Source: a virus
Lineage: Duplodnaviria > Caudoviricetes
Reading direction: 5' to 3' (one strand)
IMG/VR virus record: IMGVR_UViG_3300006029_000036
Location: 1 to 32,398 of that record
DNA length: 32,398 nucleotides
Under the pieces are notes generated by a model. That model saw only the letters and a list, made by a program, of their open reading frames with translations. It searched no databases and was not told the DNA's origin. Numbering within the stretch: position 1 is the first letter of the stretch; each line of letters starts with the position of its first letter. Below, piece by piece: positions 1 through 8,657 of the stretch. The position numbers and the translations under genes are program-made.

Positions 1-28
1 TATAAAATACAAACAATAAGGTAAAATT

Positions 29-430
29 ATGAAACAATTAAGAAAATTTGAACAAGATGCTATTGTTAATACAATAACTAAAAAAATTAATATCAATAGA
101 AAAATAAAAGCTAGACAGTTAGTTAATAAAAGAGATTATTTATCTTTTCAAAAACAAATTGAAGCTATTGAAAAATTACAAGAACAAGAACAAAAAATCT
201 ATAACAAACATAGAAAATTACAGAAAGAACTTAAAACTCATATTAATTCTTTTAATCATAACAATCAAGTAAATTTAGTTTTAGGTTATAAAAATGATTT
301 AGATTTTGTTGATAATGGCTATACACTAAATCAAGAAATATCTGATAAACTTGCAATAGCTTTACTTTCAAAAGATTCAACAGATAGACTTCCTCAAATT
401 ATAAATGAAATAACTAAGGAGTCTTTCTAA
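29..430 (+). CDS. hypothetical phage protein (basic, coiled-coil)
   Basis: 133-aa ORF, AAGG upstream, co-oriented with the early gene run; no recognised motif. Confidence 0.7.
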   Translation: MKQLRKFEQDAIVNTITKKININRKIKARQLVNKRDYLSFQKQIEAIEKLQEQEQKIYNKHRKLQKELKTHINSFNHNNQVNLVLGYKNDLDFVDNGYTLNQEISDKLAIALLSKDSTDRLPQIINEITKESF

Positions 431-441
431 CTGGAGAAACT

Positions 442-1176
442 ATGCCTACATATAAACTACTATCAAGTTCTAGTCCTAAGATTGACAAGAGCAATAAAAT
501 ACAAGACAAATACTTTAGTAGGATTATGTATCTTGCTCCCTCAGATTTAGCTGACGGAGTAAAGACTACTTGTCCTTATGCTAAAATAGCTATGTGTGAA
601 GAGCCTTGTTTAAATACTGCGGGACTAGGTGGTGTATATTCTAGCATTCAAAATGCTAGGATAAGAAAAAGCTTGCTTTACTTCAACGAGTATGATAATT
701 TTATGGGGCAGTTAGTCTCAGACATTACTAAGTTTGCAAAAGAATGCGACAAGTTAGGTAAGCAACCTAGTCTTAGATTGAATGGTACATCAGATATTCA
801 ATGGGAGTATCAAGAAGTAAATGGTAAAACTGTGTTTGATATGTTTCCTGAAATACAGTTTTATGACTACACTAAGATACCTACAAGAAAGATAAATGGT
901 ATTGATAACTATCACTTGACATGGAGTTACTCAGAAGCTAATAAAAAGTATTCTAAACTCTTTGATATTGTATTGGAAAATAAAGCAGTAGTGTTCAGAA
1001 AAGATATACCTAAAACCTTCAAAGGTTTAGAGGTTATCAATGGTGATGAACACGACATGAGATTTTTAGATAAAGACAATGTAGTTGTTGGACTAAAAGC
1101 AAAGGGCAAAGCTAAGAATGATAATTCAGGTTTTGTAATTGATAACGAGAAAATAGAAGTGAGATTGGTGGCATGA
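442..1176 (+). CDS. Gp88-like phage protein (radical-SAM-like Cys cluster)
   Basis: CPYAKIAMCEEPC Cys triad, RLNGTSDI, FYDYTK, HLTWSYSE and GDEHDMRFLD motifs recalled from the GP88 family; GGAG RBS. Confidence 0.7.
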   Translation: MPTYKLLSSSSPKIDKSNKIQDKYFSRIMYLAPSDLADGVKTTCPYAKIAMCEEPCLNTAGLGGVYSSIQNARIRKSLLYFNEYDNFMGQLVSDITKFAKECDKLGKQPSLRLNGTSDIQWEYQEVNGKTVFDMFPEIQFYDYTKIPTRKINGIDNYHLTWSYSEANKKYSKLFDIVLENKAVVFRKDIPKTFKGLEVINGDEHDMRFLDKDNVVVGLKAKGKAKNDNSGFVIDNEKIEVRLVA

Positions 1177-1466
1177 AATACAAAAGATTTGGTAAGAATT
1201 TTAAAAGACCTAATGAATATAATAGGAAGTGGTCTGACTGTGAAAGTTGTGGTGGTTTAGGATATTTTGAAACTAATCAGTCTGACGGAGGTATGGGTAT
1301 ATCAAGATGTGATAACTGTGAATTATTTGAAGATGATTTAGAAGCACAATTATTCGTGGTATCTTTATTAGATGCTATTAAAATTGATTGGACATGGAAG
1401 TATTCACATTTATATCCTGAGTATGATACAATAGGACACAAGAAAAAAGAGAGGGTAATAGCATGA
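1173..1466 (+). CDS. hypothetical protein with Zn-finger-like CxxC...CxxC
   Basis: CESCGGLG and CDNC; ATGA-coupled to the previous ORF. Confidence 0.65.
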   Translation: MKYKRFGKNFKRPNEYNRKWSDCESCGGLGYFETNQSDGGMGISRCDNCELFEDDLEAQLFVVSLLDAIKIDWTWKYSHLYPEYDTIGHKKKERVIA

Positions 1467-1738
1467 GTAGTGCATGGGAAAAAACTGCAATGGAAAATAA
1501 TTTTCTAAATAGTAACAAAAGATATATCGAAGAAGTGGTTGAGTATTCAGAAACAATACTTGATATTCATAATGATATCATGGATAATAAACAAATCGAA
1601 GATGATAATCACAGGTATGCTATGGAACATATTACTGATGAATGTAATACTCTACGTGCTTATGTTGAAACTGATATTGAGTCATTGAGAAATGATATAG
1701 ATGATTTAAAACAAATGATAGAGGAATTACAGAAATGA
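1463..1738 (+). CDS. hypothetical acidic coiled-coil protein
   Basis: 91-aa ORF, ATGA overlaps on both sides, GAGG RBS. Confidence 0.7.
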   Translation: MSSAWEKTAMENNFLNSNKRYIEEVVEYSETILDIHNDIMDNKQIEDDNHRYAMEHITDECNTLRAYVETDIESLRNDIDDLKQMIEELQK

Positions 1739-2004
1739 CCGAAGAAGAATTAATTTGGAAAGAAGAAGTAACAGAGTATTTAGGAGACTTTTGGTATTTA
1801 AAAGGTAGACCTGATTTATTTCAAGATGTGGTTGACCACGTTGTAAAAGCATACCCTGTGTATGATGCAAATTTCAACTATGCAGAGCAAATACTTAGTG
1901 AAGCCTTTAGATTTTTACAAGAACATTGCACATCTGCATACTCGTCAAAAGACTTAGAGTTTATGGCATTAGCTGAGAAAGAAAGATTATTAACAATAAC
2001 ATAA
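1735..2004 (+). CDS. hypothetical protein
   Basis: 89-aa ORF, ATGA-coupled, GAGG RBS. Confidence 0.7.
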   Translation: MTEEELIWKEEVTEYLGDFWYLKGRPDLFQDVVDHVVKAYPVYDANFNYAEQILSEAFRFLQEHCTSAYSSKDLEFMALAEKERLLTIT

Positions 2005-2012
2005 GGAAAAAT

Positions 2013-2348
2013 ATGAAAGCAATATTAATTGATGTAAAGAATGAAGAAGTCAGAGAGGTAGAGCATGATGATACTCGTAAAGAAATTTATAATTTTGTTG
2101 AATGTTCTACCTTTGATGTGCTTAGATTAGACGGAGTGAATGGCATCTATGTAGATGATGAAGGATTGTTTGTTGAAGACCAACTATTCTTTACTTATCA
2201 TGGTGATAACTATAGTCAAACTCTAGGAGGAAATGGTTTAATCTTAGGAGTAGATAGTGAAGGAAATAATATATCTCCTACCATAACTGTAAAAGAAGTA
2301 GAAGAAGCAATAGACTTTCACCCAACAGGATTTGACACATGGCAATGA
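2013..2348 (+). CDS. DUF3846-like protein
   Basis: IYVDDEGL motif and LGGNGLILGVDSEG segment; AAGGA RBS. Confidence 0.65.
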   Translation: MKAILIDVKNEEVREVEHDDTRKEIYNFVECSTFDVLRLDGVNGIYVDDEGLFVEDQLFFTYHGDNYSQTLGGNGLILGVDSEGNNISPTITVKEVEEAIDFHPTGFDTWQ

Positions 2349-2494
2349 GAACAAGTAAAGGACAAGTATCTCATGAATCTTTAACAGGTTCAAGAGGTAA
2401 GAAGACACACATAGGAAGAGGGAATGTAAGTTACTCTACTATGCCTAAAAGAAAACGACAAACCTACAAAGCTTATAGAGGGCAAGGAAAATGA
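2345..2494 (+). CDS. small basic protein ending YRGQGK (not in ORF track)
   Basis: Manual translation MRTSKGQVSHESLTGSRGKKTHIGRGNVSYSTMPKRKRQTYKAYRGQGK (49 aa); ATGA overlaps at both ends. Confidence 0.7.
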   Translation: MRTSKGQVSHESLTGSRGKKTHIGRGNVSYSTMPKRKRQTYKAYRGQGK

Positions 2495-2616
2495 AAACTA
2501 AAGAACTAGAAAAATTATTTAAAGATAGATTAGTTAAAGACGGAATCAATAAAGATTGGATGGATAAAAAACTTATTTTTGTTGGGTTGGATGATGAGGA
2601 AACTAAAGATGATTGA
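2491..2616 (+). CDS. small hypothetical protein (41 aa, not in ORF track)
   Basis: MKTKELEKLFKDRLVKDGINKDWMDKKLIFVGLDDEETKDD; ATGA-coupled, AAGGA RBS, fills the gap. Confidence 0.6.
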   Translation: MKTKELEKLFKDRLVKDGINKDWMDKKLIFVGLDDEETKDD

Positions 2617-2953
2617 CGTATCAAATGTAACACTAGAAATTATTGAAGCTATACGAAACCAAAACGTAGTACAGTTTAAATATGGAAGTCATGAAGGCAT
2701 TAGGACAATTAACCCAACAGGTTTTTATGGTGACTTCTACGGATTTGAAGGCACAGAATCGCACGACAAAAATAGGTTTAGAAAGTTTAGTTTTGACAGA
2801 GTAACAGAGTGGCAAGGCACACCTTTAAACTATAAAGTTTTTGTAGAGTTAGAAGTTGTTGGTTATCCTACTGATAAAGAAGTAGCCGAAGAATTACATC
2901 AGCTATTAGATAGTGCTGAACCTATTATGTACACACTTAAACCTATAGCATGA
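2609..2953 (+). CDS. stand-alone WYL-like domain protein
   Basis: AIRNQNVVQFKY...RTINP...FRKFSFDRV matches the WYL pattern (AI..V.F.Y..R.I.P..R.F..DR); start placed at ATG 2609 after GAGG. Confidence 0.6.
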   Translation: MIDVSNVTLEIIEAIRNQNVVQFKYGSHEGIRTINPTGFYGDFYGFEGTESHDKNRFRKFSFDRVTEWQGTPLNYKVFVELEVVGYPTDKEVAEELHQLLDSAEPIMYTLKPIA

Positions 2954-3129
2954 CAGAGTATGACATCCATAAAATATTTGAAGAGCAACAATCAAAAGAT
3001 AGAGTAACTGCACTTTATGCAGACAATGGAGTGTTGACAGTTTACTATGGAGATGATACAATGGAAGTTTGGAAACTAAACTGGCGAGGAAAACTTAAAA
3101 GAATTAAAAGGAGAAAGTATGAAACGTAA
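2950..3129 (+). CDS. small hypothetical protein (59 aa, not in ORF track)
   Basis: MTEYDIHKIFEEQQSKDRVTALYADNGVLTVYYGDDTMEVWKLNWRGKLKRIKRRKYET; ATGA-coupled. Confidence 0.6.
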   Translation: MTEYDIHKIFEEQQSKDRVTALYADNGVLTVYYGDDTMEVWKLNWRGKLKRIKRRKYET

Positions 3130-3772
3130 AGATTATATTTATATCGGAGCTTATGTATTGTTTTTTGGATTTTTTATTACAACATTAGTAGAAGAGTTGA
3201 CATATCAAGACGAACAATTTCAAAAAATTAATAAATTAAATAATGATTTATTAAAAATATCACAATATGTCCAAAGCAATATGACAGACTTTGAATATTT
3301 AGAACAGAAAATAGAAGATAATTCGGTGGAGTTAGAAGAAGTTCAACGACAATTAAAGGAGACTCAAGACTCTGCCGAAACATTTTATCAAATGTTTTTT
3401 GACACTCAACCACAAAGAGTTGAAGAAGAATTAGTTGAAGATAAAGTTCCGACTGAGGAAATAGTATTGGAAACTAAGGAGCAAGAGGTAGTAGAATTAC
3501 CTGTCGAAGTGCCTGTCGTTAAGATAACAACTACTGCTTCTTGCCCCACCCCGCACAACAAATTGTTATCTTATATAGAGGATATCTCTTTACGAAGAGA
3601 CTATTCATTTAGAGTTTCGTATGATGTGCAAGATAATTCTATAGTAAATGTAAACTATAAACCTGCAATCCCCAACAAACTTAAACGAGGTATGGAAAAA
3701 TATTTAGATTCATTTACTTTAAGAGGAAATGTTAAGGATTGCTACGTACCAATAAAAATACTAGGAAATTAA
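3119..3772 (+). CDS. membrane-anchored coiled-coil protein with TonB/TolA C-terminal-like domain
   Basis: N-terminal TM (YIYIGAYVLFFGFFITTLV), coiled coil, E/V/P-rich linker, C-terminal FRVSYDVQDNSIVNVNY...helix...VPIKI; AGGAG RBS. Confidence 0.5.
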   Translation: MKRKDYIYIGAYVLFFGFFITTLVEELTYQDEQFQKINKLNNDLLKISQYVQSNMTDFEYLEQKIEDNSVELEEVQRQLKETQDSAETFYQMFFDTQPQRVEEELVEDKVPTEEIVLETKEQEVVELPVEVPVVKITTTASCPTPHNKLLSYIEDISLRRDYSFRVSYDVQDNSIVNVNYKPAIPNKLKRGMEKYLDSFTLRGNVKDCYVPIKILGN

Positions 3773-3973
3773 ATGCAACAATTTATTTTAACACAGACAC
3801 AATTTAATCAATGGGATAACTTTTGTTTAGACAATGGTGAAACCATGTATAAAAATGGTGATGCTTATATGAATGGGTATGACGAGGACACTAAAACATT
3901 TAGTGTGCGTGTATCTCAAACAGAACAATCAGGAATCATAAAGTTTTTAGAAAAAGTGCTTGACACTTTCTAG
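3773..3973 (+). CDS. hypothetical protein
   Basis: 66-aa ORF abutting the previous stop, AGGA RBS. Confidence 0.6.
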   Translation: MQQFILTQTQFNQWDNFCLDNGETMYKNGDAYMNGYDEDTKTFSVRVSQTEQSGIIKFLEKVLDTF

Positions 3974-3989
3974 AAAATCGGAGTATAAT
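3960..3989 (+). promoter_or_regulatory. sigma70-type promoter for the replication module
   Basis: TTGACA (3960-3965), 18-bp spacer, TATAAT (3984-3989), about 40 nt upstream of the SSB gene. Confidence 0.8.
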
Positions 3990-4031
3990 AACTCCACATT
4001 AATAACTACTAATATATAAGGAGTAAAACAT

Positions 4032-4481
4032 ATGGCAGTAGCAACAGGAATAGCGTACTGGGCGAGCGTCCTAGCACCTAACGAAACTTTTGAACCAGTC
4101 TACACAGTAGACCTAGTAATTAGTGATGAAGACGCTCAAGACTTTATCTCACGAGGAGTTAAAGTTAAAGACTTTTCATTGAAAGATGAGAGCGGTGAAC
4201 CTCAATACATAGGTAAAGCCGTGACTATCAAAAGAAAAGTAAATGCTAAGAATGGCAGAAGACCTGCTCCAAAGCTCTACAATCTAAATAAAGAGCCAAT
4301 GGATACTACAGTAGGTAATGGCTCTGCAGTCAAGGTACAATACAATGAGTTTGCTTGGGATTATGCAGGCAAATCAGGTGTTAGCTTAGACTTTCAAGCC
4401 ATGCAAGTGCTAGACTTAGTACCTGTAAAGTCACAAGACGGAGACGAATTGAATCCATTTGGTGACGGGGAGGAGTTTTAA
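4032..4481 (+). CDS. single-stranded DNA-binding protein (T7 gp2.5-like)
   Basis: VGNGSAVKV...GVSLDFQAMQVLDLV motif, acidic tail ending in Phe (GDGEEF), position before the primase; AAGGAG RBS. Confidence 0.75.
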   Translation: MAVATGIAYWASVLAPNETFEPVYTVDLVISDEDAQDFISRGVKVKDFSLKDESGEPQYIGKAVTIKRKVNAKNGRRPAPKLYNLNKEPMDTTVGNGSAVKVQYNEFAWDYAGKSGVSLDFQAMQVLDLVPVKSQDGDELNPFGDGEEF

Positions 4482-4750
4482 TGACTGATGAAGATATCAT
4501 GTTAGAAGAACCTAATAAACCTTTTATTACTATTGATGATGTACAAGTTTTTGTAGAGGATTTGCCTGAGGAAGGTCAGCAAATCTTTGGAAGACTTCAA
4601 CGACTCAATCAAAAGAAAGCTAATGTCACACTTGACTTGGAAGAGTTACAAGCAGGTATTAATTTCTTTTCGAATAGAATCGTAGCAATCTACAATGATG
4701 AAGGTGCTCCCGCAGAAACTGAACTTGACGATAGCACAGAAAAAAGTTAA
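4481..4750 (+). CDS. hypothetical acidic coiled-coil protein
   Basis: 89-aa ORF, TAATG overlap, GGAGGAG RBS. Confidence 0.7.
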   Translation: MTDEDIMLEEPNKPFITIDDVQVFVEDLPEEGQQIFGRLQRLNQKKANVTLDLEELQAGINFFSNRIVAIYNDEGAPAETELDDSTEKS

Positions 4751-4765
4751 GTTTATTTAAAAGTT

Positions 4766-4802
4766 GGCTAGGCATTACTGTGTATAATGTCTAGCCTTTT
4801 TT
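4766..4802 (+). terminator. rho-independent terminator
   Basis: GGCTAGGCATTA-7 nt loop-TAATGTCTAGCC (12-bp stem, one G-U pair) followed by T6. Confidence 0.8.
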
Positions 4803-4813
4803 ATGGAACAAAT

Positions 4814-6478
4814 ATGAATAATCACAGAAGTCCTTTTTATAAAACTCATCAACCTTGTCCTGACTGTAATAGTAGTGATGCTTTATGTATCAATGAGGAC
4901 AGGTCAACTAAATGTTTTAGTTGTGGTAAGTTTACCCCTAAACCAAATATTGTACCTATGAATAATAATTATAAACCACCAACTCCACCAACAGAAACAG
5001 TCCATAGTGGGACATATGCACCTCTTACAGATAGAAGTATATCTAAAGAGACTGCGACAAAGTATGGAGTCAAGGTTGTATATGACTCTCAAGGTGTACT
5101 AGCCCAACATAGATATCCTTATCATATAAACAACGAACAAACAGGTACAAAGATTAGATTTGTTAAAGATAAAAACTTTAAGTTTGAAGGTACAACTGCA
5201 GGTACAGGTTTGTTTGGTCAACAACTCTTTAAAGAAGGTGGTAAATACCTAACTATAGTTGAAGGAGAATGTGATGCTATGGCAGGCTATGAATTACTAG
5301 GTAGCAAGTGGGCAGTAGTATCAATAAAGAATGGGGCTCAAAGTGCAGTCAGAGATATAAAAGAAAACATAGAATATGTAGAAAGTTTTGACAATGTAGT
5401 TATTTGTTTTGACAATGACAAGCAAGGCATAGAAGCCGCACAAAAAGTAGCAAGTATTATCAAGCCTCGTAAGGCTAAGATAGTGTCAATACCTAATGGT
5501 TATAAAGATGCCAATGATATGCTTCGTAAGAATTTGCATAAAGAATTTACTCAGGCTTGGTGGGATGCAAAGGTCTATACACCTAGTGGTATCATTAGAG
5601 TATCAGAGAAACAAAAAGATTTCTTAGAACGAGAAAAGAAAAGTAGTGTACCTTACCCTTGGCATGGTCTTAACAAAAAACTTATTGGCTTACGACAAGG
5701 TGAACTACTTACGCTTACAGGAGGTACAGGTCTTGGTAAGTCTTCTGTCACTAGAGAACTAGAGCATTGGCTTATACATCAGACAGAAGATAATGTAGGA
5801 GTCATAGCTTTAGAAGAAGATTGGAGACGTACAGTAGACGGAATCTTATCTATTGAAGCGAACGATAGACTTTATATTGATGATATTAGAGATAAGTATA
5901 GGGAGCAAGACTTAATCAAAATGTTTGATAAGACTTTTGAACAAGACAAAGTATTTATTCATGCTCACTTTGGTACGAATGACATTGAAGATATCTTTTC
6001 AAAACTTCGTTATCTTATTGTTGGTTGTGATTGTAAATGGGTTGTCGTAGACCACCTTCATATGCTAGTTAGTTCTATGACAGAAGGTGATGAGCGTAGA
6101 GCAATAGATAATATTATGACTCGTCTTAGAAGTTTAGTTGAAGAGACAGGTGCAGGTATTATACTTGTCTCTCACCTTCGTAGAGTTCAGGGTGATAAAG
6201 GGCATGAAAATGGAGTAAGTGTAAGCTTATCACATCTAAGAGGCTCTAATGCTATCGCTCAACTATCAGACTGTGTTATAGCTTTAGAAAGGAATCAACA
6301 ATCAGAGGATGAATTAGAATCTAGAACGACAAGATTACGTGTACTTAAGTCACGTTATACAGGGGATGTAGGGTTAGCTACTGCATTGGTTTATAATAAA
6401 GATACAGGTAGACTGTCTGAATATGAAGATGAAGAAATCTTGAATAGTTTTAGTTCAGATGATACAATACCATTCTAA
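4814..6478 (+). CDS. DNA primase-helicase (T7 gp4-like)
   Basis: Zn finger CPDC...CFSC, TOPRIM (IVEGECDA, FDNDKQG, KDAND), Walker A GGTGLGKS, VVVDHL, LRGSNAIAQLSD, LKSRYTG; start moved to ATG 4814 because 4787 lies within the terminator. Confidence 0.95.
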   Translation: MNNHRSPFYKTHQPCPDCNSSDALCINEDRSTKCFSCGKFTPKPNIVPMNNNYKPPTPPTETVHSGTYAPLTDRSISKETATKYGVKVVYDSQGVLAQHRYPYHINNEQTGTKIRFVKDKNFKFEGTTAGTGLFGQQLFKEGGKYLTIVEGECDAMAGYELLGSKWAVVSIKNGAQSAVRDIKENIEYVESFDNVVICFDNDKQGIEAAQKVASIIKPRKAKIVSIPNGYKDANDMLRKNLHKEFTQAWWDAKVYTPSGIIRVSEKQKDFLEREKKSSVPYPWHGLNKKLIGLRQGELLTLTGGTGLGKSSVTRELEHWLIHQTEDNVGVIALEEDWRRTVDGILSIEANDRLYIDDIRDKYREQDLIKMFDKTFEQDKVFIHAHFGTNDIEDIFSKLRYLIVGCDCKWVVVDHLHMLVSSMTEGDERRAIDNIMTRLRSLVEETGAGIILVSHLRRVQGDKGHENGVSVSLSHLRGSNAIAQLSDCVIALERNQQSEDELESRTTRLRVLKSRYTGDVGLATALVYNKDTGRLSEYEDEEILNSFSSDDTIPF

Positions 6479-6490
6479 TGGAGAAGTTAT

Positions 6491-8230
6491 GTGGAATTAG
6501 TATTTGATATAGAGACAGACGATTTACATGCTACAGAGATACATTGTATTGTAGCAATAGACGAAAACAATAAACAGTATACCTTTGATATTATAGATGA
6601 TAATATTTTAAAAGGTTTAGACTTCTTAGCAGAAGCTGATAAACTTATAGGTCACAACATTATAGGATTTGATATTCCTGTAATTAAAAAACTACATGGT
6701 ATTGATTTATGGGACAAAGAAAAAGTTGTAGACACTTTAGTATTATCTAGACTTTTAAATCCTGTACGAGAGAAAGGACATTCATTAAAAGTTTGGGGTT
6801 CTAAGTTAGGTGTAGCAAAAGATTTACCTCCTGAGGACTTTCATATTTATACTAAAGATACTTTAAAGTATTGTATAAAAGATGTTGTTCTTAATAAACT
6901 TTTATTTGATTATCTTAAAAAAGAATCAGCAGGTTTTTCAAAAGAAAGTATAGAACTTGAGCATCGAGTAACTTATATTTTAGAACAACAAAAACAAAAC
7001 GGATTTAAAATTGACATTCAATATGCTACTAATTTATTAGCTGAATTAAATTGTAAAATAAAAAAAGTACAAGACGAGGTACATAGAACTTTTAAACCTA
7101 AATGGGTTGACATCAAAGAGGTAACTCCTAAAACAAAACAAGACGGAACTCTTTCTAAATCAGGATTAACAGAGTACGAGTATGCAGACATACAGGCATC
7201 AGGTAACATGAAACCCTTTATGCGTAAAGAATTAGTAGAATTTAATTTAGGTTCTCGTAAACAGATTGGTGAATACTTAATTAGTTTTGGTTGGAAGCCT
7301 AATAAATTTACACCAACAGGTCAACCTATTGTAGATGAAGGTACACTAAAAAATATAACTCATATTAAAGAAGCTAAATTAATAGCAGACTTCTTGTTAT
7401 ATCAAAAAAGAATTGCACAAATTAGTTCATGGTTAGATTCAGTAGAAGAGGATGATAGAGTACATGGTGCGGTTCTTTCTACGGGTGCAATTACAGGTAG
7501 AATGGCACATAGAAATCCTAACATGGCACAAGTTCCTAGTGTTAGTAGTCCTTATGGTAAGGAATGTAGAGCCTGTTGGATAGTAGACAAAGGGAACAAG
7601 CTAGTAGGTATAGATGCTAGTGGTTTAGAATTAAGATTGTTGGCACACTATATGGCTGACGAGGATTATATAAATGAAATTATCAACGGAGATATTCACA
7701 CAACAAACCAAAAGTCTGCAGGACTTGAATCAAGAAATCAGGCTAAGACATTCATCTATGCACTCATTTACGGGGCAGGAGACGAGAAGCTTGGTACAAT
7801 CGTGCAAGGAAGTAGAAAGCATGGTAAACAACTTAGAGAGTCTTTTATCAATAATAACCCTGCATTTAAAACTCTTAGAGACAGGGTTGAACGAGCGTCT
7901 GCAAGAGGATACTTAAAAGGTTTGGACGGACGTAAGATATTTATCAGACACAGACACGCTTCTTTGAATACATTATTACAAGGAGCAGGTGCAATAGTTA
8001 TGAAAAAAGCTTTGATTATATTAGCGGATATGTTAAAATTAGGGACTATCCCTGCTAAAATAGTTGCTAATATTCATGACGAATGGCAGATAGAAGTACC
8101 TGAATCTCATGCAAATGGGGTGGGTGCATTGGCAGTTAGATGTATAGAACAAGCATCTAAAGAATATAACTTAAGATGTCCATTGACGGGCGAATTTAAT
8201 ATAGGAGACAGTTGGTATGAAACCCACTAA
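6491..8230 (+). CDS. DNA polymerase family A with 3'-5' exonuclease
   Basis: Exo motifs FDIETD, GHNIIGFDI, YCIKDV; polymerase motif A DASGLELR, motif B KTFIYALIYG, motif C NIHDE; GTG start with GGAG RBS. Confidence 0.95.
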   Translation: MELVFDIETDDLHATEIHCIVAIDENNKQYTFDIIDDNILKGLDFLAEADKLIGHNIIGFDIPVIKKLHGIDLWDKEKVVDTLVLSRLLNPVREKGHSLKVWGSKLGVAKDLPPEDFHIYTKDTLKYCIKDVVLNKLLFDYLKKESAGFSKESIELEHRVTYILEQQKQNGFKIDIQYATNLLAELNCKIKKVQDEVHRTFKPKWVDIKEVTPKTKQDGTLSKSGLTEYEYADIQASGNMKPFMRKELVEFNLGSRKQIGEYLISFGWKPNKFTPTGQPIVDEGTLKNITHIKEAKLIADFLLYQKRIAQISSWLDSVEEDDRVHGAVLSTGAITGRMAHRNPNMAQVPSVSSPYGKECRACWIVDKGNKLVGIDASGLELRLLAHYMADEDYINEIINGDIHTTNQKSAGLESRNQAKTFIYALIYGAGDEKLGTIVQGSRKHGKQLRESFINNNPAFKTLRDRVERASARGYLKGLDGRKIFIRHRHASLNTLLQGAGAIVMKKALIILADMLKLGTIPAKIVANIHDEWQIEVPESHANGVGALAVRCIEQASKEYNLRCPLTGEFNIGDSWYETH

Positions 8231-8657
8231 AAAAGATAGAAAGAAGTTTGATTTAGATTTACAATATGGTAGCATCCGTGAGGATAAGATAGCAGAAATG
8301 CTTACCAATAAAAAGATAGAAGTCAAATCAGAAAGAGATATTTGGCAGAAGTCAGGTAACATTTGTATAGAGTATGAGTCATGGGGCAAGCCCTCAGGTA
8401 TCAGAGCAACTGAATCTGATTACTGGTTTCATAACCTTTGTATAGGTAAAGACGAGTACTGTACTCTTGTGTTCCATACAGATACTCTCAGAAAAATAGT
8501 AGATAAACTAGATACTTTTAAAACTGTATCGGGTGGAGATAATAATGCGAGTCGTATGTTTCTAGTAAACTTACAGAAACTATTCTCGTCAGATGTTATT
8601 AAAGCTTTTAAAGAAATTAAAGATGACAAAGAAACAGACAAAAAAGAAGTTGCCTAA
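8217..8657 (+). CDS. putative PD-(D/E)XK nuclease-like protein
   Basis: IEVKSE...GNICIEY...SGI..T.SDYW motif. Confidence 0.55.
   Translation: MKPTKKDRKKFDLDLQYGSIREDKIAEMLTNKKIEVKSERDIWQKSGNICIEYESWGKPSGIRATESDYWFHNLCIGKDEYCTLVFHTDTLRKIVDKLDTFKTVSGGDNNASRMFLVNLQKLFSSDVIKAFKEIKDDKETDKKEVA

Noticed and set aside
916-944. TTGACA inside the Gp88-like gene as a promoter
   Set aside because: No convincing -10 hexamer at 16-18 bp spacing, and it is intragenic
4787-4813. ORF-track start of the primase at 4787
   Set aside because: It lies within the terminator stem; ATG 4814 has a GGA upstream and precedes the Zn finger
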